64,000 nt of DNA, taken from positions 11,780,001 to 11,844,000 of the forward strand of contig CM022677.1 in the NCBI GenBank assembly GCA_012295275.1. Reading direction: 5' to 3'. The notes under the pieces were generated by a model. That model was not told where the DNA came from. It saw only the letters and a list, made by a program, of their open reading frames with translations, and made no database searches. Shown piece after piece: positions 12,228-26,899 of this stretch. Source of the DNA: Chrysomallon squamiferum (Eukaryota; Animalia; Mollusca). Position 1 is the stretch's first letter. Each line of letters opens with the position of its first letter. Both the position numbers and the translations under genes were made by a program.

Positions 12228-12762
12228 TTATAGTATTAAACGCTTGGATTTTTCAAAAGAAATAAAAATTAAAGGAAAGCAACGTGAAATGACAGTGAGT
12301 AAAGTTTAGCGTGTGAAAACGAAAAACAATAGCAAATACAAGGTTATAGAGTTATCTTCCATGATAACTTGTTCTGTTAACCAACCGATAATTATTAACG
12401 TAAAGCGCTAAAAGTTCGCTAAATTTGCTCGTTGATTTCACTTTAGCCAATTAAAGGTGGAATTGAAAAGGAAAAACAATAGTAAACAATTAGTTTCAGA
12501 GTTATCTCCTATGATAACTTGTTCCGTTAACCAACCGATAATCCTTTAACGTACTGTTTATAAATAGATGTTAGCAAATTATGTAAGCCGATACGTCCAA
12601 CTTATGGAACTATGGGCACTCGTTTTATGTGAAATCAATACTTCGATAAAATTATTATAAAATTTATAGGGGCGACTAACCATAATATTTCTTACTTCCA
12701 AATCAACTAAACAGAACTTTGGTCGCATTTGGTGACCTGGCGACTGGACATTTCGAGTCCTG
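11872..12762. mobile_element. Non-autonomous DNA transposon (MITE-like, hAT-like termini) with nested inverted and direct repeats
   Basis: Ends CAAGGCTCGAAA / TTTCGAGTCCTG. Inner inverted repeats ATTATAGTTTAGTCGCC / GGCGACTAACCATAAT and GTATCGGCTTACCTTAATTTG..ACATCTA / TAGATGTTAGCAAATTATGTAAGCCGATAC. Direct repeat of about 80 bp at 12320-12400 / 12470-12552. No clear TSD. Confidence 0.65.
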
Positions 12763-12919
12763 CATACTATCTCTTATATTAAGAAATCTGTTTGTTATTT
12801 TAATACTGTTTAAATATTTCAGTCAGAAGATGTGATTAATTGCATCTCAGAAAAATGTCCACAGTTATTGGATTCACAAGATATAGTGAATACTGAGTAC
12901 TGTAACATCTACTGTAACA

Positions 12920-13060
12920 TTTTCAGATACCCAGTCTGATTATCTTCCAGACGACATAGGACACAGACACCTCTGTCATAGCCGTAACCCAGCATTAAAT
13001 ATCCTAAATATTTCCCCGATATGATAATCAGTTTTATTAACCATAAGTGAGAATGTTTAC
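12920..13060 (-). mobile_element. Possible LINE ORF2 C-terminal remnant
   Basis: KLIIISGKY...DRGVCVLC resembles the HKLxIETGRY..ERxCxLC motif, but weakly. Confidence 0.3.
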
Positions 13061-16000
13061 CAGTAATCTGTTCTACCCTTCCATTTACTTGCGGTCCTTT
13101 TATTGAGACAGAGCAGGAAATGAATCTGACAACTGATGCAGAAAAGATGCTGTATCTTTTATTTTTTATATTTTTTATGTTTTTTTTATTTCTTATTTTT
13201 TGGAAACAATACATATTTTGAGCTGATTTTATTATATTGTAAAAATATAGTTTAAGCGCATTTTAGCTATATTCTCACAATAGTCTTAGAATGTTAGAAG
13301 TCGAGTTAAACAGAGAGAGTAGTAATTTTACATCTCTATAATTAATTCTGAATAGAAGGTGTAGCTAGAATTTGATCTCTAAGCCTGTTAGTTCAATATT
13401 TGGATGATAGCACTCACTCAAAAAATATTTGTTTTGCGTTACTATTTCAGAATGATTTGACTGACTGTGAGGAAATGTAGTTTATGTAGTGTCTCAGGCA
13501 AAAGCCAAATGTTTTGGTTTTGCGTTACTTTTGTCCTCATGAACATGTTATTTTCGTCTTTGATCCTCTTCTTCACTCCATTTATTTTTTGTTTTGTTCT
13601 TTTGCCATCAGAATTATCGTTATTGTTATTATTATTGTTATAGTTACTGTTATTGTTATTTTACTGTTATTGTTATTGTTGTTGTAGTTTTTATATTATT
13701 CTTACTGTTTTTAATTATTGTTATTGTTATTATTATTTACTTTTATTACTATTATTTTTTTTTTGAATAAATATAATTTTTTCCGTTTCTGTTCTTGCCT
13801 TGTTTTTTCATTATTAATGCAGTTTTAAGATAAATGTGAATGAACTGTTACGAATACAATAAACATCTCTACCAAAAACTTTGAACACATTTCTGTAACA
13901 GCTGGTATTTATCAAATTATGTAATTAAGAATATATCATTATTTTTGTTTAAATTCTGAGAAAAGTAAGTTAATAATCTAGAATGAAATTCCATATTTAT
14001 TCAATAATATACCCTATAATCTCTAATTAATATAATTTTTAAATGCCATATAAATAATACAGACGTGATAAAACTAGAGATTTTTTTGTTATCGATCGGG
14101 TAACATTATCAGTGTAAACAGCGATATACTTTAGTTAACTGTGGTTTTATAAAAGTTCACGATTTCTCATATATATATTTATATTATAAATAACTCAATT
14201 TATTATTATTATTATCATTATTATCTCCTTTTAAAAAAAAAGAAGTATTTAGTTTTTATCTCGATAGAAACAATGCACTAAGAATAAATCTAATTTCTCT
14301 GATAACTTTACGAGGCCTAATAAAAAATTCGAAGTCATTTTTATATCAGCACTCAGAACAGTTCTAATGAAACTAAGAGAATAGCGTCAAACATATATAG
14401 GAAGCTTCCGATTTTACATAAAAATAAAAATATTAAGTGCAGATATTTAATGTTATTATTGTTGTTGTTGTTGTTGTTGTTGTTGTATTTAGCTGTTGAC
14501 AAAGACAAATATGGTGTCTGCTTCACTGACGCATTGAAATTACTGGTGGAGTGGTTATTTTAATATTATTAATAATAATAAGGTATAATAAGAAATGTAA
14601 AACATATTACACTTGCGCTGATGTACGCCTTGTAATGAATGTAAAGAAAAAAAAATAAACTTCGCATAATAAAATGACATGTTCACCTTCTTTGTTCTCA
14701 GCTAATCAGTACACACTGTCGTGATTCCAGGGAATTAACTCAGATATTTTTCAATATAACCTGATATAAATATATACGATAATTAATCAAATATGAGATT
14801 AACATTTCTCAACATAATTAACCTTCAAACTGTAAATATCACTGCTCATAATTAATTTTCATCTTGTTCTTTTTATAAGTAATTAAACCGCTTATTTTCA
14901 TGACGCCATGTAGAATTATCATTTATAACTGTCAGTAATATCTAATACATTAACTGTAGTTATCAATATTTTCTGTAGTGTACATAATATTTAAGTTCCA
15001 CGTACAGTAAAATTACACCTTTCTATTATATGATTTCGAATTAACAAAGTAAAATATCACGTTACTTTTATTAAAACGGACACTTCAAATCGGTATTTGA
15101 ATTTAGTTGCACAATGTTCTCTATATATTTTTGTCGTCACATACAAAGCTACTATTATTTTAAAAAATTACAACACGGAAGTTCCATCTATATTTCTGAA
15201 CGTTCACAGTGAAATCATACCTGTAATTTTCAGTGTTTTGTCGTATAACTAACTGAATATCATCTCATTCACAAAGGATAGTTGAGAAATTTAGAAATAA
15301 AGAGGCCTTCCAAATTCCTAATTTCTCTGTTACTATCAAAATCAGGATTGGTTTTTAGTTGCACCTCAAATGGTATTGATAATTAAATATTGATTTTCTT
15401 TTTGTAGACAGGTGTGTATTGAAAAGCTGAGGTTTCGCTATTAGATATTAGCAAATAATTAATTATTCATTAGCAACTGTGATGTTAATGTGATATTTCT
15501 CAACGTAATTTATGTTGTCTTTACTATATCATGTCAGAATAATTTGTTACTCAGCAAAAGTAATGTAGTGTTTTTGTTAAGACAATGTTATTATTTTTTT
15601 AGAGACATATCTAAAATCAAAAAAAACTCTCTCAGTTGAATTCTGTCAAATTTGCTTAATAAACGCTAATATCATCAAACTTAAATGGACGTTTTATTTG
15701 AATCATCTTAACTTCATCAACATTTTTAGGTTTATTAAACTACTTTTATTAGGATATATTTGTTTCACAGGCATTATTAAAATTAGAAATAATTTTATTA
15801 CCATCGATTTATATAGGTTTCGTCGGAAATTAAATATATATATTTTTTTATTATAGCACAAAACATATTTATAATTAGACATGTAGTGCTGATACTTAAC
15901 TTTTTTCTAAACTGAGAAAAAATGGTAGCTAGTCTGGAAGAATATTTATAGTTATTCAAGATATCGGCGGACTTCTCTTACAATTTACACGGTTGGTGTC

Positions 16001-16274
16001 ACCGCTACTCTCTAACTTTGAATGTTCTGTGTAACACAATGTAACTAAAATCCCGCGTAAACTACTACACAAATAGTGCACACGTTATAAAAATTTATTT
16101 TGAATAAAAATGTATTTTTATGACTAAGTGGTAAAATGAACAATGCAAATAGCGTTATCCTTAAGTAAAACTGACAGCTTATTTATACTTGTTTATAATT
16201 ATGTAATGTTTATATATTTTATTCGTGAAAATAGCGGTATCCTTAATTAAAAATATCACCTTATTTTATAATTA

Positions 16275-17070
16275 CCGTATATACTTGTGTACAAGGCGAC
16301 CTTATGTATAAGTCGATGTGTATTTTAAGACCAAAAATTGCGTCATTTTAGGTATTACTTGTGTATAAGTCGACTGTAGATTCCAGGCACCGTCACTATT
16401 TTTAGATCAGTGTGACAGTGCCATGAAGGCCTACGTTGTACGCCTACTGGAACATAACTTGCACGAGCTGTAACTTGCACGAACATACCATAATAACGTA
16501 AATGCATGTATTACACGAGCTATAGCCTAAATGTATCATAAATAGTATCTCTTTAATGTTATAGGTCTAACATGGAGACCTAACTTACCGTTATATTTAG
16601 CTGTTCTATGATTTACAAAATTTGTCGGTAGTGGATATTAATGACGATTGCAATATTATTTCACCAAATTCTTTACAATTAAACAAGTGAGTTTTGTTTA
16701 TGAAATTAGGACCGATATTTAGTGCAATTTGGCAGAGAAGTCTGCATTCCTAGATCATTGCAAGACGCCGTAAGGCATAACGCCGTACTGACGATTTTCT
16801 CGCTTTAAAATGTATTTTTATGTCATTAAACGGAAGAATATCATGTTTTACATTCAAAATTTAATTTTTCAAAAATGTTTATACTATAAAATTATATTTT
16901 GAAAAGCTGAAAGACCGCGATTATTTTAGATGCATCCCGTAGCAAAAAATAGTCAAAACGGCGACTGTTCAGCAACAGCTACAAAAGCATTACCTATGTA
17001 TAAGTCAACCCCCAAAATATTACCTTACTATAGTCTCCCAAAAATTCGACTTATACACAAGTATATACGG
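16275..17070. mobile_element. Tc1/mariner-superfamily MITE (CCGTA termini), 796 bp, TA target-site duplication
   Basis: TIRs CCGTATATACTTGTGTA(C/T)AAG(G/T)CGA and TCGACTTATACACAAGTATATACGG, flanked by TA on both sides. Sub-terminal TGTATAAGTCGA repeats. No transposase ORF. Confidence 0.92.
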
Positions 17071-17178
17071 TATGTGATGTTATATAATTCATAGTGTAAA
17101 CTGCGCTCGTTTTACAAAATAAATGTGATAACTGTATACATAATGGAATATCATTTAAGTTTTCTTCTATTTTTCATA

Positions 17179-17210
<32 letters not shown>

Positions 17211-17652
17211 TAAAAATAATAATAAATTAAAAATTAAAACGAACTGAAAAGTACGCTCTGTATTTCCCAGATTAAGGGTATTCTACACAATCGATGTTCT
17301 TACTTGAAATTATCATTTTAATCTATAGTGTAATATAATTTATGACGTTAATGTTGCGCCACGGCTACATTACTAGAAATATTAACAATATATTTTAATA
17401 CAGGAGACTGATTGCAGTACTTAGTAAAAGGCAAAATAATATGTTTTTAATTTTTTTCAGACCATGTTTTCAGACGTATATCAAAGATTGGTATATTCCT
17501 GGACAGTAATAAGCAAGTTATTGTAGTGTAAATTGTAAGCTTTGTTATTTTATTTGGTGCATTAATATAGATAATGAGAAGAAAGAAAAAGTAGGGGGAA
17601 ATAACAACACCGTGTATTTGAAGATCACGGTAAACAATTGGTTAATAATGAG

Positions 17653-17708
<56 letters not shown>

Positions 17709-18093
17709 AAAACTAACTAAATAAAAGAAGAACCACATCGATTTATAATTAGTACGTATATTTTAATAACGGTTGTTATGCTCCTTTATTTTATTTTTTT
17801 TTATTTTTTTGAACTTTATTTTTATTTTTGTATTATTTATTTTTTATTTTTGGTGTAGTAGTTGCGGAAAAGTGCGGGATGATTATCGGTCTTCACGGGG
17901 ATTTACCTTCTTAATTGACGTTCGAAGAATCTTCTACAGAACTGGGGTAATCGCATTATCATTTCATTTTGTGAAGGAGACAGGTATTACTATTTATTAT
18001 TATAATTGATAATGCGTTTGGATTTCTTTCGTTTTATTTAATTATAATTTAAAAGTCATAGACATGATGGCAGCCATATTATTTGGGAACAAT

Positions 18094-18124
<31 letters not shown>

Positions 18125-18370
18125 ATATTTTTTCAAAAAACGACACTCGATTAATAATAACATTCACCAGTGGTTGTACTAATGGGAACATCATAAACAA
18201 CGTCATATAAAGTCTCTAATTTTGTTTTACCAATCATGATGTATCAGCCTATCAGGGGCAAATTTTGAGTGGCCAGTAATTAAATTTGTTTTAAAATAAA
18301 TTGACTTGTTTAGCACACACCAAAGGAAACAACACAGAACAATTTTTAGAGAACATTTTAAATTTTATTA

Positions 18371-18414
<44 letters not shown>

Positions 18415-18507
18415 TTAATTATTATTTTTTGAAATAAACTAATAAAACTATTAAAAGAAAATATGCTAATTTTGTTTGACAGGTTGTTTTCTGTCAGTTT
18501 ATTTATG

Positions 18508-18559
<52 letters not shown>

Positions 18560-18817
18560 AAATAATTTGTTATCCTCAGTGATAACTGTTCTTTGTAACC
18601 CTTCTTTTCTTAATGGAAATTTTATTTTATTAATCAACGTTTTGTTTTGTTTTGTTGTATTTCCTTTTTGTTTTTAATCATCTTCTTATTATTATTACTA
18701 ATTTTTATTATTTTGTGTTTTATTTTTTATTATTATTATTTTTTTAATCTTTATTATTATTATTCATTTTATTTTATTTTTCATTATTAATATGTGTTTA
18801 TATTTGATGTTTTCTAG

Positions 18818-21800
18818 GTCATGTGGAGAAAATATTTTTCAAATTTATCTGTTATGATGCCAAACAAAACAACTTGGCAGATGAATATATAATATGGATG
18901 GCTGTGCATTTGACATGGACAGGACAAAGACAACAGCCAGGAAGTTGAGCAGCAGGTGATGTCTGTAAAAGACTTCATGCTGCTCTGAGACAAAAGCTGG
19001 ATGAGAAGATAAAGAAAACAGAGGCTGTAGCTGCAGCAGAACAAGATGATGAAGAATGACAGAGAGAAGAAGTCCTGTACCTGATTAAGAGTGGTTCCAA
19101 TGCACCCAGGTCCCTGTCCCCTGATTTCATCATCACAAAAATGCAGTGCTTTTTCACAGAGAAGGGACACAAGAGACTAATGATACTGTGAATCAACAGT
19201 CTGGTGTCAAATGATGTGTCAGGCCTGTGTTAGAATGTTTTCAGAAACCTCTCAACAGTCGCAGGTTATGTTCTTTGTGTGTGTGCGTGTGTGTGTGTGA
19301 GTGTGCATTTGTATGTGTGTGTTTGTGTGTGAGAGAGACATATTAGATGAATGATAATAAGCAAACAAAAATGCATTTATCAGACAAATGTAGATTGATA
19401 AAAAATATAAAAAAGTGTCATGTTCATGTTGGAATTGCTAAAATCTTTGTTTACGAATTAATGATAAATCTTTTATACAGGTAATTGCTGTATTGTTCAG
19501 TGGCTGTTTAGAAAGGGAATTTACATTATGGAGAAGGATGAATCAGCTGTACAGACACTGCAGACTGCACAGTTCCTAGTTGTAAGTTTTTATCTTATTT
19601 TTATTTCTTTGAGAAAGTGAAATAAATTTTTATAGTAACAGCTCTTTACTGATTTAAAAATAGCATAATAAGAATCATTTATTTACTATTGTTTTGTTAA
19701 TTAATTAAATTAATACCATTATCATGATTATACAAAGTATATCAAAAATATTCCACACCCCTTTGTGTCTGAATAATCGAGTAACTGGTACCAGTAAAAA
19801 TTTTAATTTTAATAATAACAGAAACATTAGTTATTTATTTATAACAGTTTATTATTTCTATTATTTTTTTTTTTTTTTTTTTTTTTTTTTCAGATGGCAC
19901 ATAATTGAATGCTGATATTTGCTAGTGAAGTTGTTTCAATAGAAGGTGCTGTCCAGCACTGAGGATAAAGTTTGTATTGCTGCCACTGGAAAAGAGAAAA
20001 AACTGGAACAGGTGAATTTGAGTTTGTTTTCTTATGTATTTCTCATTATTCTAAACCTAATGTTGTTTAATTTAATTTAACATAGGAAGTTCCATTTTAT
20101 AACATACTTATCTCTTTTTCTCTTTCTCTATCTATCTATCTATCACACAAACACACACACACACACACATACTTACTTTTATACAAACCTGATTATTTTG
20201 TTGTAAATTTCTCATCTGTGTCTTCCTCATCTTTCTTTGGAATCCCACTAAAGATTAAATTGTCACACATGAAGCAAATTTGTAGGTCATTTTTTCTTAA
20301 GTTTCCAAACTCAGTTTTTAATTCACATGTTTTTTGTTTCATACTGTTATTATTATCTCTCATTTCACGGGTAGAACTGTTCATATCTGACACAATTTAT
20401 TTCAAATCTCCGAGATCTTTTTATTGCTTTCAAACAATGATTGTAATTCATACATTTTTCTTAATATCAATCATTTTACCACTGATATCTTGTATTTAAT
20501 TGCATACCATTCAGTTTTATTTTTATTGCTTTCAAACTGTTAGTGAATGTAATTCATATCTTGTACTTTTTTCTAAATATCAATCATTTCACCACTGATG
20601 CATCAATTTAGTAATGGTTTAAGCACCAACAAACCTTGTAATAACTTTCTAATCAAGGTATCTAATTATATACTGACATCTTGAATGTGCATAAACTGGT
20701 TACCCTTATTTTCTGTTCACTTTCTCCTCTTACATTTTCACTCTTATTTTTTCTCTTTTTACCTTTTATATTTTATGTTGCATACTCGCGTATATTTAGC
20801 AATAATTTACATTGATAAAAAACGTACAAAATACCTTTAATACTAATAAACATTATGTATTTTCACAGAGAGATGAGAGACATGACTTTCATTTCCATGC
20901 ATGTGTTAGTGGGAAGTAATGGTTACTCGTGTTGGGAACATTAGACAATCACACAAAAAAGGTCAAACAGAACTTGAAGAGACCAAGTAAGTTAACACTG
21001 TCTTTTCTTTTTCCTTTCACATGTGTCACCTCTTTACCTGACAAAGATGATAATGATATTTGTATAAAAATTAAGGTAAAAATAATTACATGTATAATTT
21101 TTGTCATTACTAGCTTTTTTTATTTTTTTATTTTTTATTGTTAGTCCTAATCAGATATACATTGATGAAAAAGGCTGGTAATTCAGATATTTTGTAAGAA
21201 AAAATAATGTAAATTATTTGTTGCTGAATTAAAAACTCTTAAGAATTTATTCATATCTTTGTTGTCACTAATGCTACTTATTATTGTGTTCGTGTTTCAA
21301 CACTAAAGAAGACAATTTAAAAGGTGAAAGTTCTATTGTTGTTTTTAGGTTATAGTAGCTTTGTGTGTGGAGTTGTTTTTTTTTTTTTAATGTTTTTTTT
21401 TAATTAAAAATATAATCTACATAACTATTGTTTTATTTATTTTTATTAATTAAGAATGAGTTTACTTTTCTTGTCCAGGATCTAAAATATCCATGTCTAT
21501 GTGTGAATTGAATGCTTATGTAAAGGTATGTTTTATTCATTCACTTTTGTGTTTTATAGCTCATTTGATTAAGGATTTATTTAATTAAAAGTAGCAAAAT
21601 TTATTTTTGTTCTCAGAATAGTATTGAAAATTTTATATAAATTTCTCATAAATGATGATAGTATAGAATCAATTTAATAATGGTTTAGGCACCAACAAAA
21701 CTTGTAATAATTTGCATGACAGCCTAATGGAGTAGTGAACAGAACATTTGTATAGTGCTGTTAGTAATATCTCACTCAAATCTGAAAAAAGGGGCAAATA

Positions 21801-22552
21801 TTTACTTATATTAAAGTGGCAGGCAAGTATGTTACAATTAAATATTTGAATAATCAAATAATTTATTGTTAATGATGTAACTATAATAATTGTTAAAGGT
21901 TAATTAAAGATCGTAAGAATAATCTCAAATGTATTTCCATCATTCTAGTATGTTAGTATTTCAAGTAGAATCAGTATTAGAAGACCATTTTCTTACTGTC
22001 TAATGAATAACTATATAGGTTTAAAATGTTTATTTACTTAATATTCCTGGCAGTCATCGTAAACTGGACTAAAAGACTAAAACAGTGTAAATATCAAAAT
22101 TTTGGCAAGTTAATAGAATTATTCAAATATTAAAACATAATCTCTCTTACTGGTGTATTGCTCTTTTAATGCTTTTATGTCAAAGTCAAAAAATAAAATT
22201 AAACTAAGAATATAAAACCATTTAATAAATTATTTTTATTATCAAACATGGATGGAAAAAATAAAAATGTGTACTAAAACTCTTCTTGCTAAGACAGTGA
22301 AATGCAGTTAGAGCTGACAACAAAAATACTGCTTGCACTTTATTTTATGTTTAGTTTATTAATGAATATTATATTTTGTTGTAGGATCCTAGACAACAGG
22401 TTCGAACTGCCTCAGCCAGCACTTCAGTTGAAAATGTTGTAAGACATATTTTCAGAAAAGGTTCACTAGAGCACCAGAATGTTATTACATCACAGTCTTC
22501 CCTGTCCAGAGAAAGCTCAGCAATTTCAAGAGAAAATCTGTCTGAAATGTAA
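18818..22552 (+). pseudogene. Decayed multi-exon gene, product unknown (exons about 18818-19264, 19481-19581, 19894-20011, 20869-20986, 21479-21525, 22385-22552)
   Basis: Six higher-GC blocks bounded by AG and GT, mostly phase-compatible. Translation includes GNCCIVQWLFRKGIYIMEKDESAVQTL, RDERHDFHFHACVSGK*WLLVLG and SKISMSMCELNAYVK|DPRQQVRTASASTSVENVVRHIFRKG. Several stops and frameshifts. Confidence 0.7.
20193..20600 (-). mobile_element. LINE ORF1-like remnant inside an intron
   Basis: Coiled-coil-like stretch followed by DLQICFMCDNLIFSGIPKKDEEDT, which resembles the DLQxRSMRDNLIFSGIPE motif of LINE ORF1 proteins. Confidence 0.6.
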
Positions 22553-24360
22553 TTTGAATTTTGAAAACTCAGTGATCTCCAAGAGACTGCATTGTCAGTG
22601 TGATCAGAACATCCAGTGTACACATTGTACTTCATAGCAGCTTGCACTGTTTTTATCTTTGATGTGTGCTTGGTTATTTTAACTTTTTCACTGAAAGATA
22701 AATGGAGATTCATCACTGCTATGGAATGCCATCTTTGTAAATAAGTTCAAATGAATTTGATAATGCATAGAAGTATTAATTTTTATAATCATCTAATTTT
22801 TATATTATTTAAATCATTATTAAAAAACAACAAAAAAAACAACACAAAACATTTCTTCTATCATTTTTTTAACTATTATTTAAATCAAGGGAAATCAAGG
22901 ATTTGCTGGGGGTAATCAATGTAAATATGATTGAAAATTTTGAAATTAGTGGTAATTAAAAATTTGTATCAACAAAAAAAAAGAAGAAGAAAAACACAAA
23001 ATAATTTTTTTGTTTTATATTTTTTTAATCAAGGGAAAATGAAGGGTTGGGGTATTTAGTGTAAATATATTTAAAATTATGTAATTAGGCATAATTAGAT
23101 TTTTTTTTTTATTAAAAAAACCCACAGGAAATGAAAAAACAAACAGTTTTTCTTTTATATTATTTAAATCGGGGAAAAACAGTGGTTTGCTGGGGTGATC
23201 ACTGTGTACATATTTCTAATTATAATAATATATTTCTAATGAAAACTGTTAACTAAATTAAAATAGCATTAACCATGACTTTGTTATTTTTAATTAGAAG
23301 AAACCTGATGACCTTCAAGTTGAAATTTACTTATAAACTGTCTAGATAATAAAACTTAAATATTCAGTTATTTCTGTTTAGACATTGCTGCCAGCTTTTA
23401 TAATTTGCTTTTCTAATTTAGAAAGAATAATAAAATGATTTCAATAACTAATCTAAAAATAAGAAATAATAATTTAAAAATGATAAAAAATTAAATAAAA
23501 TAATAAGAGAAAAAAATGTACATAAATGAAATTTTCCCAAATATTTTATAATTTGCCATTTACATTTTGGAACAATTCAAAAAATTAGTTTAAAAATGTA
23601 CAAATTGAAATGTCTTCTAATTTTTTATAATCTGTATTTTCTGTTTAATTCCATTAAAAAGCTAGGGGAAAAAATGAAAATAAAAATGAATAAAAAAATA
23701 AAATATATATATATATATATAAAATAAAATAATTATCACTTTAAAAAATGATGTACAAACTGGTATTTAGTGTTTCCAAGGTGAATGAAAATTAAAGCTG
23801 GTTTGTTCAAAAATCTAGCACCTCATGTTTTGTTATAGTGTTATACTAAATATTTCTCCAGCTTTCAGATTCAAATTTGTATAGTTTATTCTAAGAGAGA
23901 TATTGTAAGATTATGCAAATTCAGTACTTTAAATATTTTTAGCAATGATTGGAGTTTTTGATCAACAATAAAATATAACCAGGTTATGTTATATATATGG
24001 TTGGCAGTACAGATATTTCTTAATAAAAAAAAAAATCATTATTTGTTCTTAACTTTTAAATCCTGACATTTACAAAATCAAACATATTGCATCTTATTTA
24101 AAAATAATAATAAAAATGGAAAATATTTCTGAAATTGTTTCACTTTCTTAATATTAAAAATGTTACGGCACATTCAAATAATTTAAAAAAAATATGAGAA
24201 AAAATAAAGCATAGTCTTTGTATGTTTTTATTTTTATTATGTATATATTGATCAACGTTTTCTGTATTTGTTGTCATCTAGCAAAAGATAATCTGACATA
24301 ATCATTATTTATATATATATATATATACCTCTTATTTGAGTTAGGTAAACACACATTTAT

Positions 24361-24520
<160 letters not shown>

Positions 24521-25355
24521 AGTCTTTTTTGTATATTTACAAAGACGTTAAAGATATTTACCTTCAGTAAAAATAATGAATTATTATTATTATAGACATA
24601 CATAATTTCATTTTCATTTTCTTTAAAATAAAAATTACTGCAAATCTGTTTTGAAACAGACTTGGTTTTAATAGTACTAAAATTAATTTTAATCTGATTA
24701 ATTTCAGCTATTTTCAAATATCTTTTAATGTTAATAACATTAATTTAAAATCAGAACAATAATATAATAATAAATCATTAAAATAATCCAGTTATTAATT
24801 CTGTCTTTTTTATCTCTATTTTTATATCATTTTTCTGTTCATTTTTTGAAAAGACAACAACAACCAAAACTCTTAGAACTTGTATTTATTTATACATAAA
24901 CAAGGACACTGTCTTTCACATGCAGCAGTTAGTTGACAACAAACACATTAACTCTTTCTCACAGATAACATGTATGTACCACCTCATCCTTTCACATTCA
25001 CATCTGTCTATCTGTTTCTCCTCTGGAAACATACAAAACACAAATTTCCATCTACACACACACACATACACACAAATAACCACATCTGTTCATCTGTTTC
25101 TCTACAAATCCAACCATTCTACACAGCTTTAACAATTTCTTTATGTACATCTCCCTAACAGTTTATATACTTTCTGTGTATCTCCTATAAAACTTGTTGT
25201 TTCAGTGTTCATTTTAAAATTAATTATTTCAAATTACTTTTGCAATGTCGATTGTAAAATTCTTTTTGTTTTAGAAAATATCACAAAAATAAATAAATAA
25301 ATATAGATAGATAATTATTTATGATCACAACTAAAATCAAACTAATTAAAATTAC

Positions 25356-25408
<53 letters not shown>

Positions 25409-25859
25409 ATTATTTTCTGTTATTTATGAAAATAAAAACTAATGTACATTTTTCAGGACCCTAGATCCATTACTGAGGGTTCTGTAGGTTTCATCGTATG
25501 ATATCTGCTTTGGTTTTGTGTAGTATTGTCAACAACTAAATATTTCTTATTTAAAATTATCATTCGATATTATTTGTAGCAGATGCAAAGTGTCACGTGA
25601 GGTCTCGATTACGTCATCAGTTTTACAGTCTACCTAGAAAACAAGTGTTCGAGGCTAAGACAATGTAAAATAAAAAAATGGAGGAAATAGTGAACATTGT
25701 GAAATGAATATAAAATATATTATTATTTACCCTAATTCTACATTTTGCTTTATAAACTGCGCTGCTGGATAAGCTTAATGGCTTCTTTTTTAAATTGTTT
25801 ATTATATATATATGTAAATTATCTAATACCTGGCAAAGTTTATACGAATAACAATGATA

Positions 25860-26470
25860 CGTGATTATAAAATAACGTGTTATTTTCTTTATTTATACGG
25901 CGTAATGCAAGTTTAATCAATGAGATATTGGCAGTATATTTACAATATATTTAATTTGGGGGAGCGTAGATTTCTCAAGATAATTTGAGACTACTGGACG
26001 GAATTTACATTTTTATTTACTACCAGCTTAGCAGCATATTCAAATAAACTGAGACTGAGACGGAAATTACGTTCCACCTTAGTAAAAGTACCGCTGTTTA
26101 CATCGAGATTTTATTGTTTTACCTCTGTTTTGCATCATAACAAATGCTGATAATATATATAAAATTGTCAGTATAATCTTGGATACAGCTAAAGGAATAT
26201 TGTCGGCTTTTGAAGAATAATCTTAATAGGGTTAACAACAGTAAATGTCGCCGTTCAGTTTCAAATTACCTGTGAAAACTGCGCTCATGTTGACAACATA
26301 AATATTATACCTTAATTAATCATTTATTATCAACTTATCAACAAAAATGAATGTATTCTTATAAAGTAACAGCTCAGTTTTCAGCATCATGCAGAGCTTT
26401 TAAGTGTAATTTGTTATGTTGTTAATCAAATATCACTTTAATCTGGATGTGACCTTTTATTTTATAGTGA
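25860..26470 (+). repeat. Diverged paralog of 37770-38690 (and inverted at about 60890-61820)
   Basis: Shared blocks AAATAACGTGTTATTTTCTTTAT..TTAATCAATGAGATATTG, GGATACAGCTA.AGGAATATT and TAATCTGGAT.TGACCTTTT. Confidence 0.85.
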
Positions 26471-26485
26471 ACAAATTATGTCTAA

Positions 26486-26529
<44 letters not shown>

Positions 26530-26531
<2 letters not shown>

Positions 26532-26790
26532 GTTGTTAGTCTGACTGGGATCAGACTGAACAAATTAATCTCACTTGCATTATTCTAAAACACTGAGTGT
26601 GAATATCGGGGTATCTGATGTCAGCACTATAAGTAGTTGCAAGCAGAGGTAACACAGTAGTGACGTTATCAACTGACTGTCACCTCAACGTCCTGCTAAG
26701 CAGAATGCTATTTGAGACACTTGCATATTCAAATACTTGCTGTGGTGTACTATTTTACCTTCAGAGAAAAACATATTTAATGTCCCGTAT
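26530..26790 (+). repeat. Dispersed repeat, also at 32555-32790 and partially at 34625-34720
   Basis: GATCAGACTGA.CAAA..AATATCGGGGTATCTGA..TTGCAAGCAGAG.TAACACAGT.GTGACGTTATCAACTG..ACGTCCTGCTAAGCAG. Confidence 0.85.
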
Positions 26791-26899
26791 GAATGAAAGA
26801 TGGGGAGAAAGAGAGATCTTTTATAGAGAGAACAGAAGAGAGAGAGAGAGAGAGAGATAATAAGAGACAATAAAAGAAAAGAAGAAACATGATCTCTAA

